DNA of 32,000 nt from an uncultured Victivallales bacterium (GCA_903837355.1 CAILUI010000065.1:1869-33868), one strand, 5' to 3'; positions 1-8,121 are shown, counted from the stretch's first letter. Notes: a model not told the origin generated them from the letters alone. Made by a program: numbers and translations.

Positions 1-1
1 G

Positions 2-175
2 CAGCCACTTTTTCACCAGTTCTGTTTTGCCACGCTGGGCCGACGCACTGCGGACGGCGGCTTCCTGAACCGCGAGCGCTTCTACACCCTGCCGGCCAGC
101 GTCGACCGGGTCTATGCCGAGCGCGTCACCCGGCTGCTGCTCGAAGTGGCGGCGGATCTGTACGGAGAATGCTGA
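2..175 (+). CDS. 3' end of an upstream gene entering from the window edge (product unknown)
   Basis: Frame 2 is open from the window edge to TGA 173-175 (...FLNRERFYTLPASVDRVYAERVTRLLLEVAADLYGEC*). Codon third positions are strongly G/C, like neighbouring genes. The stop forms a TGATG junction with the next gene. It is absent from the ORF track because no start codon lies in the window. Confidence 0.45.
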   Translation, partial: QPLFHQFCFATLGRRTADGGFLNRERFYTLPASVDRVYAERVTRLLLEVAADLYGEC

Positions 176-996
176 TGGGATTGCCCCGACTGGATGGGCA
201 GGTGGCGATCGTCACCGGGGCCGCACAAGGCATCGGCGAGGGGGTCGCCCTGCGCCTGGCCCACGAAGGCGCGCGGCTGCTGCTAGCGGACCGCGCCACC
301 GACCTCGTGGAGGCCAGGGCGAGCGCGCTTCGGGCGGCCGGCAGCGAGGCGCTGGCGCACCCCATCGACCTGGCTTCCTGCGCCGATCTGCCGGCGCTGG
401 TCGCGCGTGCCGTCAGCGCTTTCGGCCGCCTGGATATCCTGGTGAACGTGGCCGGAATCCTGCAGGCCAAGCGGTTCCTGGACGTGACCGAGGCGGACTG
501 GGACCGCATCACGACGCTGAACCAGAAGAGCCTGGTCTTCCTGATCCAGGCCGCGGCCGCACAGATGCTGGCCCAGATCCCGGCGGACGTGCGAGCCGCC
601 CAGCACTGCGAGCGCAGCTACGGCAAGATCGTGAACTTCTCCTCGATCTCGGGTCGCCATGGGCGGGCGCTGCAGGTCCACTACGCGGCCAGCAAGGCCG
701 CCGTGATCAGCATCACGCAGTCGGCGGCGCTGGCCTTTGCGCCCTTCCTCAACGTCAACGCCGTCTCCCCCAGTGTCGTGCCGACGGCCATGTGGGAGCA
801 GAATGACCGCGAGAAGAGCCAGATCCTGGGGCTGCCTCCGGGCACCTCGATGCAGGAGTTCGTGGACCGCATCCCCCTGCGCCGGGCCGGAACGCCCGCC
901 GATATGGCCGCCGCGGTGGCGTACCTGTGTTCCGCCGATGCCGACTACATGACCGGCCAGACGCTGAATGTCGATGGCGGCTTCGAGATGAACTGA
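175..996 (+). CDS. Short-chain dehydrogenase/reductase (SDR) family oxidoreductase
   Basis: The ORF track gives 169..996. It has the TGAAQGIG cofactor motif (TGxxxGxG), an NVAG motif and the YAASK catalytic YxxxK. I prefer ATG 175 because GGAGA at 164-168 sits 6 nt upstream and it makes a TGATG junction with the upstream stop. ATG 169 remains possible. Confidence 0.9.
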   Translation: MGLPRLDGQVAIVTGAAQGIGEGVALRLAHEGARLLLADRATDLVEARASALRAAGSEALAHPIDLASCADLPALVARAVSAFGRLDILVNVAGILQAKRFLDVTEADWDRITTLNQKSLVFLIQAAAAQMLAQIPADVRAAQHCERSYGKIVNFSSISGRHGRALQVHYAASKAAVISITQSAALAFAPFLNVNAVSPSVVPTAMWEQNDREKSQILGLPPGTSMQEFVDRIPLRRAGTPADMAAAVAYLCSADADYMTGQTLNVDGGFEMN

Positions 997-1018
997 GCCG
1001 GACGCCGAAAGGGCTGCA

Positions 1019-2407
1019 ATGAGCGAAGCATGGTATGAACTCCGCGAGCGGCTGCTCTTCAGAACCGCACCGGCAGACCTCGCGGCAGCCTGTCACGAGG
1101 TGCAGCGCGAGCTCACCGCGCAGCACGCACGGGGTCCGGCGGCGCGCCAGGCCGAGGCGGCGGCGCTGGCGGCGGAGCTGTGTCTGGATCTGCAGTCCTA
1201 TCTGCCACACTGGCACCTGCAGCGCCCCGGGGCGGCGGCGGCCGCAGACGACGACCTGCTGGCGGCCGCCGCGGCCGGCTTTCGCGGCCTCCTCGTCGAC
1301 TGGGGGGCCAGCGCCGAGCAGGAACGCTTGCTGGCCGAGGAGGCGCTGCGGCGGCGCAGTAACTTCCTGCGCCTGACGCGGCTGGCGGACCGCGGCGCCC
1401 TGGCGACCCGTTGGGGCTATGACTATGCCTACGGCAGCGCCGCGGCCATGCGCCGCGGCGCCCTGCTGGTGACCACCAACCCGCCGCTGGTGAACATGAT
1501 CCGCAAGGAGCGGCCGCAGGAGTGGGAACCGGTGCGGACAGAGCTGCGACGCACGGCCGCCGGCAGCACCCCGGACCAGTTGGTGTCACGCTTCAGCCTG
1601 GAGGTCGTGCTCGCGAACTGCCGCATCCTGCGGCCGATCTACGCGGCCAGCGGCGGACGCTACGGCTACGTCAACCTGCAGATCAACCCGCACGCCTCCC
1701 AGGACGCCGGGCAGATGGCCGCCGACATCGAGTGGCTGCAGGAACGGCTGCGCGAACGCCTGGGCGGCACCCCCAACGTCGTCTTCAAGGTGCCCGGCAC
1801 GCGGGCCGCGCTGGAGACGGTCCGCCGCGTGACCGCCCAAGGCATCGGCGTGACCATCACGCTCGGCTTCGCGGTCGACCAGCATCTGGCCTTTGCCGAG
1901 GCCATCGAGGCCGGCAAGGCCCCGCAGTCGTTCCTGGTGATGATGAACGGCCGCCTGGACGACCCCATCCGCGACGAGTTGGCGGCCGCCGGGGTGGCGC
2001 AGGCCGCCGACCTCGCCACGTGGGCCAGTACGGCCGTGGTGCGACGCTCCTATGAGCTGCTCTACCGCGGCGGCAAGCCGCGGCGTTCGGCCCTGCTGAT
2101 CGCCTCGCTGCGCGGCCCCTGGAACGTCGATGCCGCCCTGACCGCAGGGCCGGCGCCGGTCTTCATCACCGCCTTCCCCGACAAGACCGAAGAGTACGAT
2201 GCGCAGGAGCGTGAGATCGTCAGCCGCATCGACCAGCCCATCCCCGCCGACACCCTGGCCGGACTACGGCGCAGCGCCCTCTTCCGCCAGGCCTACGAGC
2301 CGGGCGCCATCGGCGTCGACGGCTTCGACACCTACTACCCGGTGGTCATCACCCTCAAAGCCTTCGCCGCCGCCTGGGACGAACTGGCTGCCTGGCTGGT
2401 CAACTGA
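1019..2407 (+). CDS. Transaldolase-fold family protein with a long Ala-rich N-terminal extension
   Basis: The 462-aa ORF has LLVTTNPPLV (compare the transaldolase TTNP motif) and VVFKVPGTRAALETVRRVTAQGIGVTITLGFAVDQ (compare IKIPxT...GI..N.TL.FS..Q, which carries the Schiff-base Lys). An AAAGGG Shine-Dalgarno-like site lies 5 nt upstream of the ATG. Confidence 0.7.
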   Translation: MSEAWYELRERLLFRTAPADLAAACHEVQRELTAQHARGPAARQAEAAALAAELCLDLQSYLPHWHLQRPGAAAAADDDLLAAAAAGFRGLLVDWGASAEQERLLAEEALRRRSNFLRLTRLADRGALATRWGYDYAYGSAAAMRRGALLVTTNPPLVNMIRKERPQEWEPVRTELRRTAAGSTPDQLVSRFSLEVVLANCRILRPIYAASGGRYGYVNLQINPHASQDAGQMAADIEWLQERLRERLGGTPNVVFKVPGTRAALETVRRVTAQGIGVTITLGFAVDQHLAFAEAIEAGKAPQSFLVMMNGRLDDPIRDELAAAGVAQAADLATWASTAVVRRSYELLYRGGKPRRSALLIASLRGPWNVDAALTAGPAPVFITAFPDKTEEYDAQEREIVSRIDQPIPADTLAGLRRSALFRQAYEPGAIGVDGFDTYYPVVITLKAFAAAWDELAAWLVN

Positions 2408-3470
2408 AGCACGGCAGGCCGACGAACTCCCGGTAGGCATTGACGACCGCCAGGTAGTTGGCAATGGGCACGCTGGCGACGATGGCATTGCTGGCGCAGA
2501 GGATGTGCCCGCCGCCGCCGGCTCCCGCTTCCAGGCAGTCCAGCGTGTGTCGCCGCACCTCGGCCGGCGAGCCGAAGCTCAGGGTGGTGCCGCAGTCGAG
2601 ATTACCGTAGAGGGTAACGCGCCCGCGACAGATGGGCTTGAGGCGCGGCAGGTCCATGCCGGCATGCAGGTCGATCTCGAGATAGGCATCGACGCCGCAG
2701 CCGAATAGGAAGTCGTCGAGCACGGGCCAGAGGTTGCCGTCACTGGCATTGACCGCGTAGCCGCCACCGGCGTGGATGCGCTGCGCCAGGCGGTGCACCT
2801 CGGGGACGATGAAAGCCTGGTAGGCGGCCGGCGAGATCATCGGTCGCGTGCCCGAGAAGTCCCCGCCCACGCCGATCTGGTCGATCCCGAGCGCGAGGTA
2901 CTTCTCAATGCGCGTCAGGCTACGGGCCGTGGCCAGGGCAAAGTGCCGATGCGCGATCTCGGGGGCGAGGAGCATGGTCTGCATGAGGTCGACATCCGTC
3001 CAGACGCCATGGGCGTAGGCCGGCGCCAGGATCGGCAGGTCGACCTCGCGCCGCGCCATCTCGGCCCGCAGCACCGCGTAGACCAGGAGCGTCTCCTCCG
3101 GGAAGCCCCGCGCCTGCGCCACCGCGGCATTGCGCAGGGCGAGACGTTCGACGGGGTCGTCGCTGGACGTTGGAGCGGGTCCGGGCGGGACGGCCGGGGC
3201 GGGCGGCCGGGGCGGCGGGGCATTGGGCACGACGTACATCAGGTCGTGGCCCAGGAGGAGCGCCAGGTCGAGCTGATCCAGCGCCTGACGGCGCACGGCC
3301 TGGCTCCAGCCCAGTTCGGCCAGCAGGCCTGGCCAGTGGCTCGGATCGCCGCCGTAGGCGCGGCCAAGGAGCTGGTCGGCAACGGGGGCGAGCAGCACGT
3401 ACTCAAAGACGGGCGTGCGATCCGGCTCGCGGTGTGCCAGCGCGGCTTGAACTCGTTCGCGCGAGGTCAT
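2400..3470 (-). CDS. Uroporphyrinogen decarboxylase (URO-D)-like family protein
   Basis: The 356-aa ORF has an N-terminus (RERVQAALAHREPDRTPVFEY) and a C-terminus (GGGGHILCASNAI, compare HemE G.IFNLGHGI) typical of URO-D/MtaA-like TIM barrels. A Pro-rich insert (PPPRPPAPAVPPGPAP) is present. The start overlaps the upstream stop as ATGA. Confidence 0.65.
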   Translation of the reverse strand: MTSRERVQAALAHREPDRTPVFEYVLLAPVADQLLGRAYGGDPSHWPGLLAELGWSQAVRRQALDQLDLALLLGHDLMYVVPNAPPPRPPAPAVPPGPAPTSSDDPVERLALRNAAVAQARGFPEETLLVYAVLRAEMARREVDLPILAPAYAHGVWTDVDLMQTMLLAPEIAHRHFALATARSLTRIEKYLALGIDQIGVGGDFSGTRPMISPAAYQAFIVPEVHRLAQRIHAGGGYAVNASDGNLWPVLDDFLFGCGVDAYLEIDLHAGMDLPRLKPICRGRVTLYGNLDCGTTLSFGSPAEVRRHTLDCLEAGAGGGGHILCASNAIVASVPIANYLAVVNAYREFVGLPCFS

Positions 3471-3859
3471 GGGGACTCCGCCCCCGGCCCAGGCTCGGGG
3501 CCACGCTGCCAGCAGACGAGCAGCGTCGGAGCCGTGGCACTCACCGCCCGCGACAGGGCGTCGCTATCGAAGCCCGGCAAGGTCTGCAGCAGCCGTACCA
3601 GCGTCTCCGCTTCCTCGGCGTCCAGCGGCAGGCGGACCTCCTGGCTGGCGGTCGTCAGCACCCAGGCGATCGACAGCAGCAGCGGGCCCCGGCGCTGGCT
3701 GGCCACGGCGACCCTCTGCAGATCCGCCAAGCCGAAGCAGTACGGCGCCCCGCCGGACTCCCCGGGGACCGTCAGCGTCCGGGCGTCCTCATCGATGCTC
3801 AGTTCGGGCTCGCCGACCGGTGTCAGCCAGCCCTGCAGACGCTCGCGGAAGCTCTTCAC
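3467..3859 (-). CDS. Hypothetical protein (130 aa, no recognisable motif)
   Basis: The ORF has a GTG start preceded by GGGGGGA 7 nt upstream and shows G/C third-position bias. Its stop overlaps the URO-D-like start (ATGA at 3467-3470). It is embedded in a same-strand operon. Confidence 0.6.
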   Translation of the reverse strand: MKSFRERLQGWLTPVGEPELSIDEDARTLTVPGESGGAPYCFGLADLQRVAVASQRRGPLLLSIAWVLTTASQEVRLPLDAEEAETLVRLLQTLPGFDSDALSRAVSATAPTLLVCWQRGPEPGPGAESP

Positions 3860-3891
3860 CTGGCATTCCCCCCTGACGGCAGGTCGAGGTC

Positions 3892-4992
3892 TCAGCCCGC
3901 CGCCACGACGTGGTCGTAGCGGTGGGTGGGCTGCGGACGGCCGGGGCTGAGACAGCGCCAGGCCACGATGTCGGCCTGGACCGTCTCGGCGCAGGTCGCG
4001 GCCAGGACCTCCCGCACGCAGGCGTCGAGCGCCTCCGGAGTCATCTGCACGCGCGCGTTGAGGGTCAGACTGGCCTCGGAACCGGGGGTGAGGGTATTGC
4101 GGATGCTGAGTGTGTCGGCGGTGCCGGTCAGGTTACCAATCAGGAAACCATCGGCGGCCGAGACCATGAGTTTGACGTGCCCAACCGCGGAGTTACCGCG
4201 GTCAAACCTGCCGCTGAGCCCGCGCAGCAACCCCGCCGCGAAGGCGTTCCAGTCCACCGCCTCACCACGCAGGACGATACTGGCATTGAGCCAGCCCAAC
4301 ACGGCCTCGCCCTCGGCATAGACATCGTAGTCGACCGCGACCACACGCTGCCCGGCGTCGGAGCGCGTGGTCACGGCATCCAGCCAGACGTCGACGCCGG
4401 CGCCGGTCTTGGCGGAGACGCCGAGGACGGCGGCCTCGGGGAAGGCCTGTCGGGTGCGCTGCTGCAAGGCCCGCAGCGCCTCGGGGCTGAGCTGGTCGCT
4501 CTTGCTGATCAGCACGATGTCGGCCTCCTCAAGCTGCTTGCGCAGGATGTAGGCCGCGCTCGGATGCAGCCCGGCAGTGCCGCCGTCGAGCAGATCGCTG
4601 AGCCGGGACGGGTCGGCCAGAACCGATAGCGGTGCCGTCACCAGTTCGCGGCGGAAGCCTTCCTTGAGCGGCTGCACGATGGTGGCGGAGAGGTCGGTGC
4701 AACTGCCCACCGGCTCAGCGATCAGGACGTCGGCCTCGGCCTCGGCACGCACCTTCGACATGGCGTCAATCAGGCCCTGGAAATTGCAGCAGAAGCAGCT
4801 CCCGGCCACCTCGGCGACCTTCACCCCGCCCTGCGACAGAAAGGCCGTGTCCACCAGCTCGGGGGCCTGGTCGTTGGTGATCAGCCCCGTACGCAGGCCA
4901 CGGCCGGCCAAGCGCCGCGCCGCCTCCCAGAGCAGAGTCGTCTTCCCGGCCCCGAGGAAGCCACCAACCAGAATCAACCGGGTCGTCTTCAT
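3892..4992 (-). CDS. G3E-family P-loop GTPase (CobW/COG0523-like metallochaperone-type) with a non-standard C-terminal half
   Basis: The protein has Walker A GGFLGAGKTTLL, an ITNDQ motif, a CxCC-type motif (GSCFCCN), and SKSD (NKxD-like). GGAGA lies 9 nt upstream of the ATG. The start overlaps the MIP stop as ATGA. Confidence 0.85.
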   Translation of the reverse strand: MKTTRLILVGGFLGAGKTTLLWEAARRLAGRGLRTGLITNDQAPELVDTAFLSQGGVKVAEVAGSCFCCNFQGLIDAMSKVRAEAEADVLIAEPVGSCTDLSATIVQPLKEGFRRELVTAPLSVLADPSRLSDLLDGGTAGLHPSAAYILRKQLEEADIVLISKSDQLSPEALRALQQRTRQAFPEAAVLGVSAKTGAGVDVWLDAVTTRSDAGQRVVAVDYDVYAEGEAVLGWLNASIVLRGEAVDWNAFAAGLLRGLSGRFDRGNSAVGHVKLMVSAADGFLIGNLTGTADTLSIRNTLTPGSEASLTLNARVQMTPEALDACVREVLAATCAETVQADIVAWRCLSPGRPQPTHRYDHVVAAG

Positions 4993-5849
4993 GGTGCTGT
5001 ATCTCCTTCGTGCGATGCTGAAAGCGCAGCGTCCGGACGCCGCTCGGCCAGCAGGACCTGGTACACCGCCGCCCCGCAGAGCGCGCCGACGCAGGGGGCA
5101 AGAATGTAGACCGTAAAGAAACCGCCGCGAGGACCGGGGATGGCCACGCTGCCCCAGCCCGCCAGCCAGGCAAACAGCCGCGGCCCGAAGTCACGCGCTG
5201 GATTGAAGCCCGCCTGGGTGAGCGGGGCGATGATCGAGATGTTGAGGGCCACGGCCAGCCCGATGCACAGCGGCAGCAGCGCCCCGCCGGGGCCGGCATG
5301 CTTGGTGTGGTCGGTCAGCGCGAACACAAACAAGGCCAGGAAGGCGGTGCCGATCCCCTCCCCCAACATGGCCTGCCAGAGGCTCACATCGGCGTTGGCC
5401 AGCACCCCGGCGGCCACCATGCCGGGATTCGGAAAGTACTCGCCATAGATCATCGCCGAGAGCACGCTGCCCGGACACCCGCGCACCAACCTGTGCGCCC
5501 GCTCAAAGTGGTCGATGATCCCGTGGAACAGCCCATACAGCAGCGCCGCCGCGCAGAAGGCCCCAGCCAGTTGCGCCAGCATATACGGCACCACCCGCCG
5601 CCGCGGAAAGCCACGGAAGACGGTGAAGGCGAGGGTCATGGCCGGGTTGAGGTGCGCCCCGGAAATGGCGCCGGTGGTGTAGATCGCCAGGGCCACGGCC
5701 ACGGCCCAGACCACTGCCACGAAACCGAGTCCCGAGTGCGGTTCGCTGAGCAGCGCGGTGTGCACTACACCCACCCCGAAGAACACCAGGATGAAGGTGC
5801 CCACGAACTCCGCCTGACAGGCGCGCCGGAGGGTTTCTTCCGTCTTCAT
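4989..5849 (-). CDS. MIP-family channel, aquaglyceroporin type (GlpF-like)
   Basis: Two NPA boxes are present (HLNPAMT and FNPARD). The Asp after the second NPAR is typical of glycerol-facilitator-type MIPs. The sequence is hydrophobic and multi-TM. The start overlaps the PadR stop as ATGA. Confidence 0.9.
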   Translation of the reverse strand: MKTEETLRRACQAEFVGTFILVFFGVGVVHTALLSEPHSGLGFVAVVWAVAVALAIYTTGAISGAHLNPAMTLAFTVFRGFPRRRVVPYMLAQLAGAFCAAALLYGLFHGIIDHFERAHRLVRGCPGSVLSAMIYGEYFPNPGMVAAGVLANADVSLWQAMLGEGIGTAFLALFVFALTDHTKHAGPGGALLPLCIGLAVALNISIIAPLTQAGFNPARDFGPRLFAWLAGWGSVAIPGPRGGFFTVYILAPCVGALCGAAVYQVLLAERRPDAALSASHEGDTAP

Positions 5850-6223
5850 GAACCGACCTCCGGCAAGTGGCTCCGCATCAGCGCCAGTAACTCGTCGATG
5901 CCCTCCCGGTAACGCGCCAGCGACTCGACCCAGTGCCGCAGGCAGTCGGTGCCGTCCGCCGTAATGCTGAACTGCCGCCGCGCCGGACCCGTGTCCCCCA
6001 ACTGCCAGTCGCTGCGCACCAGGCCCTCGATCTCCATGAACTTCAGCATCCGGTAGATGCCGCTCGCGTCCGGCTCCGAGCCGTCCTGGAACATCCGCAG
6101 CAAACCCAGGCGCTGCGCAATGTCGTAGCCATGCGTCGGACCGCTCGACAGCACGGCCAGCACCGCCGGGCGCACATGCTTGCCCAGGGTCTTGCCGTTA
6201 CAGGCACAGTCGACTATGTCCAT
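5846..6223 (-). CDS. PadR-family transcriptional regulator
   Basis: The 125-aa ORF has a winged-helix core (AVLAVLSSGPTHGYDIAQRL...GIYRMLKFMEIEGLVRS...RRQFSITADG) typical of PadR. There is an N-terminal CxC (DCACNG). GAGGT lies 6 nt upstream of the ATG. Confidence 0.85.
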   Translation of the reverse strand: MDIVDCACNGKTLGKHVRPAVLAVLSSGPTHGYDIAQRLGLLRMFQDGSEPDASGIYRMLKFMEIEGLVRSDWQLGDTGPARRQFSITADGTDCLRHWVESLARYREGIDELLALMRSHLPEVGS

Positions 6224-6406
6224 TGTTAGACCTCGTCACCTAGTGGACCGACTCCAGTAGCAACAGAGCCAGTATGCCTGCCCAGGACGCCGCCTGCAAC
6301 TCCGCAACCGTGAAAAAAGTGCGAAGGTGAACGGGCAGCCGCAGCCGGGTCGTGTTATTCTTCGACCTGTGCAACAAGGGCGGGTCGGGGTATCCAGCCC
6401 CAAGGG

Positions 6407-6593
6407 GGCGCTTCATACCAGCCCAGGGCAGCGCCCTGGGTAACCCGGTCACCCCCCGCGGGGCGAGCCCTGAAGGGGCGGGCCATACGACGTCGGCGCC
6501 AAGGCACAGGCGGGATAGGTCGCCCCTACAGGGCTCAAACTCATACCCGTCCTATTCCTAGGGCGTTGCCCTAGGCTGGTATAGGATCGCGCC
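6407..6593. repeat. MITE/REP-like element: two inverted copies of a ~37-nt palindromic unit flanking ~111 nt
   Basis: Unit A is at 6407-6443 (ggcgcttcATACCAGCCCAGGGCAGCGCCCTGGGTAA). The reverse complement of unit B at 6555-6593 reads ggcgcgatcctATACCAGCCTAGGGCAACGCCCTAGGAA. Each holds a 7-bp stem and 5-nt loop hairpin (6422-6440 and 6557-6575). Confidence 0.75.
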
Positions 6594-6693
6594 TTCAGCG
6601 CTTCAGGCGGACTTCCTTATTGCACGGGTCGCTATTCTTGGGACGTCTGCGGCCGGAGCGGAGACGGGCCTGGAGTACGCGACGGAGAAGACG

Positions 6694-8121
6694 ATGAGCA
6701 CAGGCGACAGTCAGCAACTGCAGGCAGGGGCAGCGGTGCGGGACATCACCCCGGCGGCGGGGGTGCATCTGGCCGGCAGCGGCGCGGGCGAGTACCGGCC
6801 GGCGCAGTCGGTCCTTGATCCGCTCTTCGCCAAGGCCGTCGTCTTCGCGTCGGGGGGACGCCGGATCTGCCTGGTAACGCTGGATGTCACGATCGTCACC
6901 GGCGACTACAGCGCGCGCATCCGCCGCGGCATCGCGGCCCGGACCGGGATCGATCCTGAGGCGATCCTGGTCCATGCGCTCCAGACGCACTCGGCGCCGA
7001 GCCTGGGTCACTTCATGCTGGACCCGGATTTCCCACTCGACATCAGCACCGGAAACGAATACATCCGGGGCGCCGAGACGGCCTACTGCGAGCGGGCAGC
7101 GGAGGCCGCGGTCGAGGCGGCGGTGCAAGCCGTCGCCAGCCTGCGGCCGGTCCGTCTCGGGGTTGGCCGGGGCCTGGTCGCCGACCTCGCCTTCAACCGC
7201 CGCGCGGTGCGCCGCGACGGCACGGTGATGATGCCCAAGCCCGAGAGTCGCGACCGGCAGCCCTTTGGCATCCCCGATCTGTGCTACCTGGAGGGGCCCA
7301 TCGACCCGGAGGTCGGGGTCCTCTGTGCGCAGGACGCGCAGATGCGCCCGGTCGCCTGCCTGCTGCATCATACCTGCCACCCCGTGAATGTGTTCGGCCA
7401 TCGCGAGACGTACTACGCGGTCTCGGCGGACTGGCCGGGGGCGTGGGCGGCGGAGACCCAGGCGAGCTGGGGTGGGCAGGGCGTGGCCGCGGTGCTGAAT
7501 GGCTGCTGCGGAAACATCAACCCCTGGCATCCCTTCGACCCGGACTACACGCCGGACCACCGGCGCATGGGACGGGAACTGGCGGCCATGAGCCAACGCA
7601 TCCTGCATAGCCTCAGGTTCACGACGGAGGCGGAACTGGACTGGCGCGTCGAGCGCATCGCCCTGCCCTATCGCGAGATCCCGGCGGCGCGGCGGCAGGA
7701 GGTGGCCGAGATCCTGGCGGCGAACCCGGTGCCGCCGCGCGCCGCGAATGGCGAGATCGAGACGCGCTGGTTCCTGGCCGCTTCCACCCGCAGCGTGGAG
7801 CTTTGCCAACAGCGAGAGCCGACCTTCAGCTACGAGATCCAGGTCCTGCGCCTCGGCGATGTCGCCCTCGTCGGCCTGCCGGGAGAGCCCTTTGTCGAAG
7901 GCCAGCTCGAGATCAAGACGCGGTCACCAGCCGCCTCTACCTTCGTCGCCCACCTGACCAGCCATTACGTCGGCTACCTGCCCACCCGCGCCGCCTACGC
8001 CCGCGGCGGCCACGAAGCCAATGCCGAGGTCACCTACTGGGCCAAGCTGGCGCCGGGCAGCCTGGAGACGGTCGTGGAACGCACAGTGGCGCTCCTCAAG
8101 GACGTCTTTGCCAGTCGCTGA
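6694..8121 (+). CDS. Neutral/alkaline ceramidase-like N-terminal-domain family protein (function uncertain)
   Basis: The 475-aa ORF has an N-terminal pattern (AGAAVRDITPAAGVHLAGSG...RPAQSVLDPLFAKAVVFASGGRRICLVTLD) characteristic of the ceramidase-like hydrolase family. GGAGA lies 5 nt upstream of the ATG. The 404-aa antisense ORF is Arg/Ala-rich junk. Confidence 0.7.
   Translation: MSTGDSQQLQAGAAVRDITPAAGVHLAGSGAGEYRPAQSVLDPLFAKAVVFASGGRRICLVTLDVTIVTGDYSARIRRGIAARTGIDPEAILVHALQTHSAPSLGHFMLDPDFPLDISTGNEYIRGAETAYCERAAEAAVEAAVQAVASLRPVRLGVGRGLVADLAFNRRAVRRDGTVMMPKPESRDRQPFGIPDLCYLEGPIDPEVGVLCAQDAQMRPVACLLHHTCHPVNVFGHRETYYAVSADWPGAWAAETQASWGGQGVAAVLNGCCGNINPWHPFDPDYTPDHRRMGRELAAMSQRILHSLRFTTEAELDWRVERIALPYREIPAARRQEVAEILAANPVPPRAANGEIETRWFLAASTRSVELCQQREPTFSYEIQVLRLGDVALVGLPGEPFVEGQLEIKTRSPAASTFVAHLTSHYVGYLPTRAAYARGGHEANAEVTYWAKLAPGSLETVVERTVALLKDVFASR

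Noticed and set aside
6240-6452. A 70-aa minus-strand ORF (…LPRALPWAGMKRPLGA…) in the PadR / ceramidase-like intergenic region
   Set aside because: The sequence is largely the translation of the palindromic REP/MITE-like unit at 6407-6443. It has no SD and its composition is unlike real genes here.
6595-7809. A 404-aa minus-strand ORF antisense to the ceramidase-like gene. Similar long shadow ORFs occur at 14215-15282, 15395-16768, 17164-18531, 18574-20262, 22588-23814, 23890-25377, 28331-29608 and 11689-12708.
   Set aside because: All are Arg/Gly/Ala/Pro-rich, lack SD sites and motifs, and lie fully inside better-supported genes on the other strand or frame. They are high-GC stop-codon-depletion artefacts.
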